IMG/VR virus record: IMGVR_UViG_3300034198_015460
Location: 17,136 to 81,135 of that record
Length of the DNA: 64,000 nucleotides
Strand: one strand, 5' to 3'
Source of the DNA: a virus
Under the pieces are notes generated by a model that worked only from the letters and a program-made list of their open reading frames with translations, did no database searches and was not told the DNA's origin. This document shows positions 28,252 through 39,208 of this stretch, one piece after another; the first letter of the stretch is position 1; the number at the start of each line of letters is the position of its first letter. The position numbers were made by a program, and so were the translations under genes.

Positions 28252-30057
28252 TTAAAAAGTTCCGCCATCAAGTATTCCCCAAGTCACAAGAGAATTGTTG
28301 ACTTGGAGAACATAACCTTCAGTTCCTAATGAAAGTTTTGAAAGACCATTACTTGTATTACCAACAAGTAAATCTTGTGAAGTAAATGTATTCCATCCTG
28401 TACCACCAGAAGTTCCAACAAGAGCAGTTGTAAGAGTCAAAGAATTGGCAGCTAATGCGGCAGTAACAGATGAATTAGCATTGATTTGAATAGCAGTAGA
28501 ATTCACAACAAATACGGAACTGTTATTGCCATATGGCATTAAGTATGCTTGTAGAGTAGCAGTTCCCGAATTTGCGCTAGTATCAATTGTGGACGATGTA
28601 TTTGGATTTGTATTTGATCCAAATAACCAGAAGAATGGAGCAGAATTAGTTGATTTTGCTGCAATTCTTGCAAGACCAGCATACCAAATAGCAGAAGAAT
28701 TACCGGCAGGAGAATACCAACCAGCATCAACAACATCAGTTGTTGTATTATTAGAGGCTAATTCTATGACATTATCTTTGATAATTAATGAAGTAACATT
28801 GACAGAAGTAAAAGTACCAGAAACAATTAAGTTTCCTGAAAGCGTTAGGTCTGTTAATGAAAGAACAGAATTTACAAACGCACCAGATGTGTTTACTACA
28901 AGAGTATTATCACCATTTTTTACAGATATACCAGAAGAATTAGAAACTATACCGTTATTAGCTAGAACATTGATGCCAGAAGAATCAACTGAAATACCAT
29001 TTGCTTGTTTAGCCCATATCCCAGTAGAATTTGCTACGATGCCGTTATTGGCAATTGCATAAAGAGTTCCAGTGCTAGTAATTGTACCACCACCAATACC
29101 ATTTGATGTAGCAACGGAAGTTACTGTACCAGTGGAATCATTTTTCCAATATGGTGATCCAGTTGCACCATTTGAAGCTAGTATTTGACCGGCAGAACCA
29201 ACTCCACCATTTGCTGATAACTGAATATTTGAAAGAGTTAATTGAGTAGAATTGGCAATAAAGTTTGTGCCAACTGTAATCGATGCAGCGTTAACTGTTC
29301 CTGTTGTATTAGCAACAAATATACCAGATGTATTGGCTATTACAGATGCACCAACAGTAATTAGTGCGGAATTAACTGATGATGAAAGATTCGCGGTAGA
29401 GCCAATTATATTTGCATATAACGTAGTAGTAGAAATTGTACCAGCATTAACTGTTGAAACACCAGCTGTGTTTTGAACAACAACCTGACCAGTTGTTTGT
29501 GTAGTTGAACTATTACCAACACTAATAGCACCTGTATTCGCAATAGTCACTGTTGGAGAAGTAGTTGTATTTCCAACCCAATAATATGCAGTGCTATTAA
29601 TTACAGCGTTTGCAGCAATATTAATTGTTGAGGAAAATGTTATGGTATTTTGAAAGGTTTGTGTATTAGTCCATGTGTACTGCGCCGCAGTATTTACACC
29701 AACAGAAGCAGATGAAACCCAATAAAGATTTGAAGAAGCACCACCAGAAGCTAGAAAATAACCAGCAGTGCCGGTACTACCATTAGCAGAAATTGTTTGC
29801 GTTGTTCCAACAAAGGCCAAATTCCCAATTTGAATTTGATTTATACCAGATGTTGAGTTGGCAACAAGAGCCTGATTAGCAGTAAGAGTTCCTGGGCTTC
29901 TTACCCCACCAATTGGAACCACTGTTCCGCCATCTGTAGAACCAATAAAGAGAACACCAGAACCACCTGTAGCATTAGAATATGCTAATTCCCCTGGATT
30001 AAGAGAAGCAGGTGATGCTGTAGCAGCGCTTCTTTTGATTTGAATTCTATTAGCCAT
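28252..30057 (-). CDS. Tail fibre-like structural protein
   Basis: MANRIQIKRS..LNPGELAYS..N/S/T-rich repeats..DLLVGN..LSKLSLGTEGYVLQ..LDGGTF; ACTAAATA at 30084-30091. Confidence 0.8.
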   Translation of the reverse strand: MANRIQIKRSAATASPASLNPGELAYSNATGGSGVLFIGSTDGGTVVPIGGVRSPGTLTANQALVANSTSGINQIQIGNLAFVGTTQTISANGSTGTAGYFLASGGASSNLYWVSSASVGVNTAAQYTWTNTQTFQNTITFSSTINIAANAVINSTAYYWVGNTTTSPTVTIANTGAISVGNSSTTQTTGQVVVQNTAGVSTVNAGTISTTTLYANIIGSTANLSSSVNSALITVGASVIANTSGIFVANTTGTVNAASITVGTNFIANSTQLTLSNIQLSANGGVGSAGQILASNGATGSPYWKNDSTGTVTSVATSNGIGGGTITSTGTLYAIANNGIVANSTGIWAKQANGISVDSSGINVLANNGIVSNSSGISVKNGDNTLVVNTSGAFVNSVLSLTDLTLSGNLIVSGTFTSVNVTSLIIKDNVIELASNNTTTDVVDAGWYSPAGNSSAIWYAGLARIAAKSTNSAPFFWLFGSNTNPNTSSTIDTSANSGTATLQAYLMPYGNNSSVFVVNSTAIQINANSSVTAALAANSLTLTTALVGTSGGTGWNTFTSQDLLVGNTSNGLSKLSLGTEGYVLQVNNSLVTWGILDGGTF

Positions 30058-30090
30058 TTAACTATATTGCCTTTTGTTTTTTTTATTTAG

Positions 30091-30363
30091 TTAAAAAGTT
30101 CCGCCATCAATATCACCATCAATATTAGAAAAATTCATTTTTTGAACAACATAGGTATCAGAAGAACTGTCGTAAATTAGAGTAGCACCATTTGCTTCTG
30201 TAGTAGCATTAACATCTTGTAAACGATCTAGTCTTGTAGCACCACCAACAGTTAATGCAGGAGTTGGTTTGAGTGTTACTGGAGTTGTTGTGTCAATAAA
30301 ACCAGCAGTAGCGTTAGTCGCTATATGTATTGTTCTTCTTCTTGCAACAACTACATTAGTCAT
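30091..30363 (-). CDS. Small fibre-associated protein ending in DGGTF
   Basis: LDRLQDVN..NGATLIYD..IDGGTF. Confidence 0.65.
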   Translation of the reverse strand: MTNVVVARRRTIHIATNATAGFIDTTTPVTLKPTPALTVGGATRLDRLQDVNATTEANGATLIYDSSSDTYVVQKMNFSNIDGDIDGGTF

Positions 30364-30365
30364 TT

Positions 30366-30692
30366 TTATCTCGTGACTTGTGGGGTGACTGTTACAATAC
30401 CTTCAACAATTCTAGAAGTAGTTGTACCATCATTTATCTCTACATCATATACATATCTACCTGAAGTTAAAGAGCCAGTTTGGTTGGCGCTTAAAGATAA
30501 AGTAACGGTTCCAGTGCTTACATTAATAGATGTAGTAAAATCTGTTGCATTAGAAGATGTATACCATTTTCTAATTTGAGAATTAGCGGTATACCCACTT
30601 AAATTTAAAGAATCGCCGTTCTCATCAGTTAAAGATAAGTCAGTAGAAAATGTTGCACCTTGATCTATAACTAAATTAGCTTTAGTTGCCAT
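30366..30692 (-). CDS. Virion structural/adaptor protein (BppU-N-like)
   Basis: NLVIDQGATF..NLSGYTANSQIRK..GRYVYDVEI..RIVEGIVTVTPQVT. Confidence 0.7.
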   Translation of the reverse strand: MATKANLVIDQGATFSTDLSLTDENGDSLNLSGYTANSQIRKWYTSSNATDFTTSINVSTGTVTLSLSANQTGSLTSGRYVYDVEINDGTTTSRIVEGIVTVTPQVTR

Positions 30693-31495
30693 TATACTAT
30701 GACCCTAGCATATCTTAATGTGGTTGATGAAACAGAAGCAGGAGTGAATTGAACTGCGACGTTACCAGAAGCAATTGTTGCTGAAAATGTACCAACAGAA
30801 GAAGATGGAATTATTGAACCATATTCTGTAACATATGCAGTTGATCCATCATGAACAACTAGAAGTTTTGTCAAATGATATGCAGAACTTGTATTTGCTT
30901 GGACCAAATACTCTGCACCAAGATATGTTGAAGTTGAAAAAGAATCTATATTTACTGTTGATGTAGAAGAAGTTGTGATAGTTCCATTTGATGCTGGATT
31001 ATAAACAGTTGCAATTGTCGCCCAAGAACCATTAGCGTTTAAATAGTAATTTCCACCAGTCCATTGAGCTGATGTAGGTACAGTAAATGATATATTAGAT
31101 GTGGAGTTACTAATAACTACACTAGAAGAATTTATAATAGCATTAGCAGTCGAACTGCCTATCTTTAGAGATGTATTAGTTATTAGCGTATTATTAATTT
31201 GTACAGAAGATGCATTAACAGTGACATTTCCAGACGAATTGCCAACTTTAATGTTTGTTAAATCGATAGAAGTAGAACTTATTGTATTAGAAACAGTAAC
31301 AGCCGTTGGAGAAACGGTTGAGTTGGCAGTCGAATTTCCAGAAGTAAAGGTACCCGATATGCCAGCATTACCAGTTGCTATATTGGAATTAACCGTAACA
31401 GCCTGAGTTGTCATTGCATATGCAAGTTCGTTTGTTCTAGTACGCCAATAATCAAATGTATTTGTATTAGCGGTATTTGCTACTGTTACAGTCAT
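30692..31495 (-). CDS. Virion structural protein (fibre-like)
   Basis: TNTFDYWRTRTNEL N-terminus; C-terminal IDSF..AEYLVQ..LVVHDGSTAYVTEYG domain. Confidence 0.7.
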   Translation of the reverse strand: MTVTVANTANTNTFDYWRTRTNELAYAMTTQAVTVNSNIATGNAGISGTFTSGNSTANSTVSPTAVTVSNTISSTSIDLTNIKVGNSSGNVTVNASSVQINNTLITNTSLKIGSSTANAIINSSSVVISNSTSNISFTVPTSAQWTGGNYYLNANGSWATIATVYNPASNGTITTSSTSTVNIDSFSTSTYLGAEYLVQANTSSAYHLTKLLVVHDGSTAYVTEYGSIIPSSSVGTFSATIASGNVAVQFTPASVSSTTLRYARVIV

Positions 31496-31674
31496 TTAAG
31501 TCTCTCTAAAATTAGGTGAAGCATTGATTTAATTTCCGAAACTTCTTCTTTTAAATTATCAAACTCTTTTTGTTTATTTTTTTGTAATTTATAAGCCTTC
31601 AAAGAAGCATTATCTGTGTTCAATACTGCACCTGGATTGTTTGAATCTCTCATAAAACCGTCATTACTTTTCAT
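31492..31674 (-). CDS. Small conserved coiled-coil protein
   Basis: RDSNNPGAVLNTD..LKEEVSEIKSML. Confidence 0.65.
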   Translation of the reverse strand: MKSNDGFMRDSNNPGAVLNTDNASLKAYKLQKNKQKEFDNLKEEVSEIKSMLHLILERLK

Positions 31675-31686
31675 ATATTTATTCCA

Positions 31687-34600
31687 TTAAATCTGCAAAC
31701 AAATTGCTCTCACATCATTTAGTCTTGGAACTTTAGCGGCATTAGATGAAAGAAGAACAATCTTCAGAGCAACTTCTTTATAACCAATAAATCTAGAATT
31801 GGCACTGTTTCTATATTCAACAATACCGTCATTCCCCGGAGATGAAAACACATAGTAAATAGCGGCTGAATTTGAAGCAGTTAAGTCGCTCATACCTTTA
31901 TCAACAGTCAAAGAAGTATCACTTGCAATATTTGTTATTGTTCTTATTGCTGTATAGTTAGAAGAAACTATTTTAATAGTGTCTCCGACAACAAAATTAG
32001 TTTTGAATGCTGTTCCAGTTCCAGTAATAGTTTGAGATGTATTGGCAATACTAATTGTTCCTGCCAAAGCATTATATGTGTCAACACCTGTATTTGCAAA
32101 AGCTCCCTGTGCAACAGAATTGCTTGAAGGCATATTAAATTCATATTCAATAAAATCATTCACATCAGTTGGTGAGCTATATTTTGTATCACTATCGTTA
32201 CTGTATTCCAGAACAGACCATACTTTATCATCAAATGATTCGGCGTCTTCTTCGTTTCTAAATTTAGCATAAACCTTAATATCAGTGTCGCCGGGTCTAT
32301 ATGCTGTCATATAAACTTTTAAGTCTTCTGCTTCTTGACCGTCAGCTAAAACCACTCTTTTACTAATATATTTTGAATATGAATTACCATATTTTGTATG
32401 TTCATTTGTAACACTGTTATTAATAATATTTTGAATATACAAAGAAGCTTTTCTTGTCAAAGACACAACAGGAGATACATAATCAGATTCAGTTGAAAGA
32501 GTAATCTGATATCTTGATGATTTTCCTGTTTGATTTGATTTACTAAGAACTCTTCTTTCTTTGTCTAAGAATTCATATTCATAACCATTAGTGACAGTAA
32601 TATAACTGGCGTCGTCAATTAATGTTGCTGATGTTGAGGTTCCTTTATAACCAAAGGAAAGAGATGTTCTTGCTGGTTGAAGAGAACCAAAATTTGGAGC
32701 AACAGCATGATATGTCAGATTATCAACTGTTTGAATTGTGCCATATGCAATCTTATTTGCATCAGTTAGCAATCCTGTATTAGTTGGATCAGAAACTCTG
32801 AATATAGCGAAATATGGATTAATTGCAGTTCCTGCTGTATTAGAAAAACCACCAGTAGAAGAATCTAGGTAAATTTTACCATTTACTTCATCAAAGAATT
32901 GAACTCTACCATAATAACTTGTATTTGCTGAATTTAGTGTTCCATTCGCATAAACATTTGCGCTATAAAGCATATCACCAACTTCAATAGTAACTGAGCT
33001 ATTTGCTTTATTGAGAGATGTTACACTTAGATAATCATCATTTTCATTTTCAAAAATAGCTGTTCCTGATGTTGATGAGAATTTAGCTCTATAGATATTG
33101 AATTTCAAATCTTCTTTTTGTATAGCTGTCCAAGTTTTTCTATTCGCTGAAATGAATAAAACACCAGAATAAGGATTTGAAAACACTTGTTCATTTGTAA
33201 CAACATCAAATCCACCAGTTTCTCCAACCCAAACATTGTAATTAGGAGAATTGCCATCTGGTTGAATAACAACAGCATAATCTGTGCTAGTTAACAAATA
33301 TACAGGATAATCTAGTGTGAATACAGTCTCAGTAGCAGCAGTCGCGCTTGTATTAATAGAAGATGCTGCTAGATATGATTTACCAATTATTTTTGATGCA
33401 TCAGGGAAACCATTATTCATTTCAACAATGAAAACAGAGCAACCAAGAGAACTGTCTTTTGATTGGAAATAAACACCAATTTGTTTGATGAATACACCAG
33501 AAATATCAGAAGGAAGATTTTCAATTCTAAATGATTGAGAAATTGGATCGTCAGGATTCCAAGCTGGTGCTGGTGGTGGAATTGTTCTGGTTTCTACGTA
33601 ACTTTCATGTTTCACTGTTGGATTAGTGACATTTATAGATGTAGAGCCTTTAGTTACAGAAATATTAGAAGCACTGTAAATAGCCAAGGCTTTTGTAGTT
33701 ACTGCTGAAACACCAGTAGTTAAATTATCAACATTCACAAGTTGAAAATTTCTATCGCCAACTCTGAAAGAAGAAGCGGGAATTTTGAATACACCGCAAA
33801 TAAATCCATTTGAATCAGAAACTAGTGCATCACCAAAGTTTCCTTTTTGTGTTACAATTGAATCTTCTTTACCAAATTCTGGATTTGTTGTTCCTGAAAG
33901 AATGCCAGGAGCACAATAAGCATCTACATTAGTATCGTCAAAGAAAGCATGAAGTGTAGTGTTTGGTTTTAAATTATATGCGACAAATGAAACCAATCTA
34001 GAACGCATATATGGTTGAACAGAAATATCTTGTACGTAACTACCTGTATCTATTTTTTGAGATAGCGTATCAAGAGAAATAGTTGTTACTGTTCTTTCTT
34101 GTGTAGATGAACTTGTTGTTGTTCTATTGCGATTTCTAATACTTGTTCCAGAGAATGGTTCAATATTTCCATTTCTATCAACGTGTTGTGTTGTTGAACT
34201 TGGGCCAACTGTTCTCCATTCACCATAATTAGTGCCCCATGTAATATTTGAGAAGTCTTCCCATGGTGCAGACAAATCTAGATTTACGTTAATATTAGGA
34301 GTAACAGTTTCATCTTTAAAATAATCTTCTCTTGGATAAAGGTCAATTAGACCATTCCATTGCCAGACAGACTCGCATGCATTTCTGTATTTTGTTGCAA
34401 ATCTTTGAGAAATGTATAATTCAGAACTATTGTTTAACATGACAACAGAACCATAATTATTAACACCAGAAGATGTTGTATTAGAGAAAGTCAGATCAAC
34501 ATTGTGTTTTTTGAAATATGATCTTGCAACTGTTGCTATTGGATCAATGGCAATTTTATACTCAAAATCGGTAACATCACCCAAGTTATGAGAATTAAAT

Positions 34601-37600
34601 GGATCAGCGAAAATGCCATTTTTAAATCTATTCAAACCATTGGCATCAGGAATTGTTAAATCTCTTGCTTGTTGTTCAAGAGTGTTTAACACTGTATAAT
34701 ATTCAACTCTCTTAATACGTTCTTCGAGAGCACCAATATCTTTCATAGTATAACGACGATTGGTTTTTAGATTAATTTTTGAAGAAATATCACGACGATT
34801 ATATGCTTCTGCTTCTCTTTGTGTTATTGAAGGATAAGGAGGAACATAAATTTGTGCTATTGTGCTTTGGTCATTTTCAACAAAAGGAACTCTTGGATTT
34901 TGTGAAGGTTCACCTTTTTGAACGACAAAATTTCCTATAGAGCTTAGTGTTAATAGATCATATCTTGGAAGATAATATTCAAAATCAGCAGTGAAATTGC
35001 TATCTGGAGCAAACAAATGTTGACCATTAACATCAACAGTAAATGTATTTGTTGAGACTGGATTTACTGTTGCGCTGGCAAATGTTGTTGTGCTAATAGC
35101 AGTATTTGATTTGATAAATCTTAAATCAATCGCATCTCTTAAATCGATACTGTTATAAGATGGTATTTGAACAGTTTGAATGGCGGTTGTATTTGCTGTA
35201 TTTGCATCATCGATTGGATATGAATTGACATTGAAATATCCTAGACCAGATGTTGTATTAGCTACAAAATGATCTAATTCTACTAGAATATAAGAAGAAG
35301 AATTAATTTGAGAAGAATAATCTGGTTTTATATAAAGTTTTGCATGATCATAGTATTCATCTCTTTGGCCATTATCAAAAGTAAACCAATATGAACGCTC
35401 TGGATTTGATGTATTAGCAGCTGTACCGATATAAACATTTCTTATTTGAGCAACATCAGATAAACCCAAATCCCAAGGACCAACACTTGTTGCTGAATTA
35501 TTAGAGCAATAGATTGTAACAAAACGATTTTTTCTAATTTCTTTTTGTATTGGTGAAGTCACTGTTCTGTAAACTGGATAAGATGCATTCACAGTATTTG
35601 AAGCATCAAAAGTGTACCCAGTATTGAAAACAAATGAAGATGTAGTTGATATTTGAACATTTGATATCGGTAGTGAAGAACCTCCAGTAAAATATCTTTT
35701 AAAATTAGAAGATGTGTTTGTAGACCCAGGAACGGTATCAACAATCATTTGTGTATTTGTAGAAATATTTGTAACACCAACGACCCAAGTATTTCCACCA
35801 CCCATATCAATTCTTACAAGAGAACCAACGGCTAATTGTGTTTGGAATAATGTACTGGTGCCGATAATTGTTGTATTACCAGAATTTACAGCAACAGTTC
35901 CAGTTAAATTTGCAGTGTATGTATTAGAAGCAACAAATACACTAAATCCATCTGTAGAAGAACCAGTTAAGGTTGATCCAGCAGAGTATGGTAATTGATT
36001 TGTGCCGCCTGTAGATGCATCAATTGTAATTGACACTGCACCAGCAGTTGTTAAAGAACCGCTTTTTATTTGATTGAAAGTAAAATTTGAATCAGAAATT
36101 GTTTCAATAGCAGTTATACCGGTGTCAAAAACAAGGGTTTTTGATGAATCTTTAAGAACTGCTTTATCGTTTTCAAGAACAATATCTGCTCTAGCAGTGT
36201 CAGCAACAACTATACTTTTCACATTATCAGAAAAACTGTATCCTGAATTCATTCTGATATTGAACAAATAAATTGCATATTGTGCTGTTGAAACACCCTT
36301 TGTTCCGCTGTAGAATTTTACAGCTTTTACATTTGCATAACCAATGGTTGTTCCCGCACCAGAACCAGTAATACCTTCTTTTTCTGAAAATGAATTTTGT
36401 GCAGTATCTTTTAATAATACTTCGGCCAAAGATTCATAATCAAAAGAACCTAAGAATTCGTCGCAAATTACATAATTGCCATAATTAGCAGAAACAATTT
36501 GATTTTGGGCGTTTGATGTGGTAATAGCTCTTGAGGTTTCTACTTTAGACGTGCCAATTTTCTCAATACGATTTCCTCTGACATATGCAATGCCAGGAGA
36601 AACTTCATAATAAAATGCTTGAGTGTTTGATTCGTGGGCAATTGTTTCAATTTGAAAAGGACGAATAACATAATCGCCTGATTCTTCATATGTTCTGTTT
36701 GAAATTTGTTGATTTAATGCATTATATGCTGGATCATTTTGTTGTTGTGTTGGTTGATTATTATCAAATTCAACAATAGAAAAGAAATTTATATTATTAG
36801 CAGCATCTGTTCTTGTTTTTGATACAAGAGTTGGAGTAAGTTTTAATCTATCGGCGCCTGGAGCATTCTCATTTGGATAACCAAGAGCATTATCGTTTAG
36901 AGATGAATCGATATTTTCGTTGACAATACTTTCCGTTGTATCAAATCCAACAACATAACCAGCAACATTTGTGCTGAAATCTCTAACAGCAATTATTTGT
37001 GGTTCTACTTTTGTGAAGAATCCTTTTTGGTAAATAATACCATCAGAAACTCCTATGCAATAAGCATATCCATTAGAAGTAAATGTTCCATTTGATGCAA
37101 GAGTTGATATAGAATCGGACAAATATGCAGAATTTAAAGAACCAAATTTATCTTGTGATGAATTATAGAAATAAAGAGTGTCGCCAGGAGAGAATTCACT
37201 AATATCTGTATTTGATACAGAATTTGTACCAGTGGCAATATAATCAAAATAAATTCTGTTTGTGCTTGGAGCGTTTAATGCATTGCCGTCTTTTGCTATT
37301 TTAATAACCGCTCTTACAGCATTGTTGCTGTCTGTTGAATTGGTTATTAGGTAAGTGTTATCAAAATCAGAGACAAAGGCATTTGTGTTTGTGTTGAAAG
37401 AATCTGCCAAACTGATATAGTGTGTATTTGGATAATATGTAATAGCCACACCATCAACAATCGACCCATCTTTAAATATATGATCACCAAATCTCTGAAT
37501 TTGGTTTTGAAGGATGGTTTGAGATTGTGTTAATTCTCTGGCTTGAACAGCTCTAGAAGGACGAAATAAGACTCTATGAAATCTTTTTTCTTCGTCAAAA

Positions 37601-37647
37601 TCATCGAAATATGGTGCAGTATTGAAATCTGTATTAAGAGAGGACAT
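31687..37647 (-). CDS. Very large virion structural protein (VrlC/DUF4815-like, 1986 aa)
   Basis: APYFDDFD..FHRVLFRPSRAVQARELTQ..NENAPGADRLK..RTYEESGDY..NRRYTMKDIGALE..RFKNGIFADPF..DPISQSF. Confidence 0.88.
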   Translation of the reverse strand: MSSLNTDFNTAPYFDDFDEEKRFHRVLFRPSRAVQARELTQSQTILQNQIQRFGDHIFKDGSIVDGVAITYYPNTHYISLADSFNTNTNAFVSDFDNTYLITNSTDSNNAVRAVIKIAKDGNALNAPSTNRIYFDYIATGTNSVSNTDISEFSPGDTLYFYNSSQDKFGSLNSAYLSDSISTLASNGTFTSNGYAYCIGVSDGIIYQKGFFTKVEPQIIAVRDFSTNVAGYVVGFDTTESIVNENIDSSLNDNALGYPNENAPGADRLKLTPTLVSKTRTDAANNINFFSIVEFDNNQPTQQQNDPAYNALNQQISNRTYEESGDYVIRPFQIETIAHESNTQAFYYEVSPGIAYVRGNRIEKIGTSKVETSRAITTSNAQNQIVSANYGNYVICDEFLGSFDYESLAEVLLKDTAQNSFSEKEGITGSGAGTTIGYANVKAVKFYSGTKGVSTAQYAIYLFNIRMNSGYSFSDNVKSIVVADTARADIVLENDKAVLKDSSKTLVFDTGITAIETISDSNFTFNQIKSGSLTTAGAVSITIDASTGGTNQLPYSAGSTLTGSSTDGFSVFVASNTYTANLTGTVAVNSGNTTIIGTSTLFQTQLAVGSLVRIDMGGGNTWVVGVTNISTNTQMIVDTVPGSTNTSSNFKRYFTGGSSLPISNVQISTTSSFVFNTGYTFDASNTVNASYPVYRTVTSPIQKEIRKNRFVTIYCSNNSATSVGPWDLGLSDVAQIRNVYIGTAANTSNPERSYWFTFDNGQRDEYYDHAKLYIKPDYSSQINSSSYILVELDHFVANTTSGLGYFNVNSYPIDDANTANTTAIQTVQIPSYNSIDLRDAIDLRFIKSNTAISTTTFASATVNPVSTNTFTVDVNGQHLFAPDSNFTADFEYYLPRYDLLTLSSIGNFVVQKGEPSQNPRVPFVENDQSTIAQIYVPPYPSITQREAEAYNRRDISSKINLKTNRRYTMKDIGALEERIKRVEYYTVLNTLEQQARDLTIPDANGLNRFKNGIFADPFNSHNLGDVTDFEYKIAIDPIATVARSYFKKHNVDLTFSNTTSSGVNNYGSVVMLNNSSELYISQRFATKYRNACESVWQWNGLIDLYPREDYFKDETVTPNINVNLDLSAPWEDFSNITWGTNYGEWRTVGPSSTTQHVDRNGNIEPFSGTSIRNRNRTTTSSSTQERTVTTISLDTLSQKIDTGSYVQDISVQPYMRSRLVSFVAYNLKPNTTLHAFFDDTNVDAYCAPGILSGTTNPEFGKEDSIVTQKGNFGDALVSDSNGFICGVFKIPASSFRVGDRNFQLVNVDNLTTGVSAVTTKALAIYSASNISVTKGSTSINVTNPTVKHESYVETRTIPPPAPAWNPDDPISQSFRIENLPSDISGVFIKQIGVYFQSKDSSLGCSVFIVEMNNGFPDASKIIGKSYLAASSINTSATAATETVFTLDYPVYLLTSTDYAVVIQPDGNSPNYNVWVGETGGFDVVTNEQVFSNPYSGVLFISANRKTWTAIQKEDLKFNIYRAKFSSTSGTAIFENENDDYLSVTSLNKANSSVTIEVGDMLYSANVYANGTLNSANTSYYGRVQFFDEVNGKIYLDSSTGGFSNTAGTAINPYFAIFRVSDPTNTGLLTDANKIAYGTIQTVDNLTYHAVAPNFGSLQPARTSLSFGYKGTSTSATLIDDASYITVTNGYEYEFLDKERRVLSKSNQTGKSSRYQITLSTESDYVSPVVSLTRKASLYIQNIINNSVTNEHTKYGNSYSKYISKRVVLADGQEAEDLKVYMTAYRPGDTDIKVYAKFRNEEDAESFDDKVWSVLEYSNDSDTKYSSPTDVNDFIEYEFNMPSSNSVAQGAFANTGVDTYNALAGTISIANTSQTITGTGTAFKTNFVVGDTIKIVSSNYTAIRTITNIASDTSLTVDKGMSDLTASNSAAIYYVFSSPGNDGIVEYRNSANSRFIGYKEVALKIVLLSSNAAKVPRLNDVRAICLQI

Positions 37648-37659
37648 GTAGTTTCCCTA

Positions 37660-39207
37660 TTAAACCTGAATAATAATTTTAAAAGACTCAGTTTGGGTGT
37701 TTGATCTTGTTACATTATTTATATTCTCATAATAAAGAGGAATAACATCTTTGGCATAAATGTTTCCAAGGCTGTTAATATTTATGGTTCCTATGGAAGA
37801 ACCAGAGCTATTTGCAATATATTCACCATTACTGAAATTTTTATCTCCTGTTATTCGAAGAATTGTGCTATTAGAGAATACAACTGTTCCTTTTGCTCCA
37901 CTGGTAACACCACTTAAACTCTCACCAACGCTGAAAACATAACCAGAAGATAGATTTGCTTCCAAGACTTGTTTAAATGTGTTTGAAGAATATCTAGAAC
38001 CTTTTGTATTATTAGCGTTTAAAACATAAGGATTTTTAATTAGTCCTATTTTATTATAAACGGTGTTGGATGGTATGGTATTGCTTTCATCTTTACTAAA
38101 ATAGAAACCTATTCCTAGACCCTTAATATTCAATTCAGAGACAGGTGAAGAACCATGACCACCTGGAGGTGGAACAATTGCATATAAATTTGCACCAGAA
38201 CCATAACTTAAAGTAGCAATAGAAACATTTGCTCTGGAAATATTGGAACCAGAATCTAGAATAGTAATGCTTGAAATAGTATTTGTTGATGTGTTAACTA
38301 CACTATATGCTATTGGAGAAGTGCCATCAGTATTAAAAACTACTCTTGGTGAAATTAAATACTGTGTGACGTTAACTGTAATATTGTCAGTATTGGCCGC
38401 CGAATCTAATGTCACCCATCTACCAGAAGAATTTGACGTATAAGAAGAAATATTTTTTAATTGAGATGTACTTGGAGAACCAGTATTATAAATGTATATA
38501 GAATTATTATTATAGTAACCAAGAGTTTGTGGTTCTGATGAATCTATTTGTAACAATGTTGTATTTGATTTACTTTGTATTTTCAGACCAGATTGACTAT
38601 ATGTTTGGTATCCAGAACCACCATTAGCGACCACTACAACATCAATACCACTATAAGTTTTTGCAGTTGAAACAATTGTAGCATCAGGAAATACAGGGAC
38701 ATAATCATTTGTTGCAAATTTTGTATAAGTTGCAGCAGAAATTGATGTAATATATCTCCATTTGTAACTATCAGCAGTCTGAAATGTTATAGCAGATGAT
38801 CCACCGGTTGCTGGATTTGTTGTCGAATTTGCGCCGTTGTTATTGTCTATACATTTATAGATATAATGTTTTCCATCTGTGGGAGATGGTTCACATACAA
38901 CGTAGAAATTATTGTTTGAATATAAAGTATTTGATGTATCAATGTAACGATCATATACGGTCCCAGAAGTCCAGACATTGTTTTCAATCATATATGCAAA
39001 ATCACCGGGTTTTAATTTTTTACCAAAAATCATTTGCCAATCATTGGTGAAATTTGCACTATAATCGTCATCAGTTGTTGTTGGAGGAGAACCAACATAA
39101 GCTATTGGATTTGAAGCAAAAGCATAATATTGAGAAGTATTTGCTGTTACTGCATCAATAATTTCATCAATTAATACTTTTTTATAATTAGGTAAAACTT
39201 TTCCCAT
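37660..39207 (-). CDS. gp8: gp8 baseplate wedge subunit
   Basis: MIFGKK..WTSGTVYDRY..FYV..IYKCIDNNNG..DSYKWRY..PPGGHGS..QTESFKIIIQV. Confidence 0.85.
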   Translation of the reverse strand: MGKVLPNYKKVLIDEIIDAVTANTSQYYAFASNPIAYVGSPPTTTDDDYSANFTNDWQMIFGKKLKPGDFAYMIENNVWTSGTVYDRYIDTSNTLYSNNNFYVVCEPSPTDGKHYIYKCIDNNNGANSTTNPATGGSSAITFQTADSYKWRYITSISAATYTKFATNDYVPVFPDATIVSTAKTYSGIDVVVVANGGSGYQTYSQSGLKIQSKSNTTLLQIDSSEPQTLGYYNNNSIYIYNTGSPSTSQLKNISSYTSNSSGRWVTLDSAANTDNITVNVTQYLISPRVVFNTDGTSPIAYSVVNTSTNTISSITILDSGSNISRANVSIATLSYGSGANLYAIVPPPGGHGSSPVSELNIKGLGIGFYFSKDESNTIPSNTVYNKIGLIKNPYVLNANNTKGSRYSSNTFKQVLEANLSSGYVFSVGESLSGVTSGAKGTVVFSNSTILRITGDKNFSNGEYIANSSGSSIGTININSLGNIYAKDVIPLYYENINNVTRSNTQTESFKIIIQV

Positions 39208-39208
39208 T

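Noticed and set aside
21492-30363. Diversity-generating retroelement or invertible fibre cassette
   Set aside because: No reverse transcriptase or recombinase is present, no template/variable pair differing only at adenines was seen, and all genes share one orientation.
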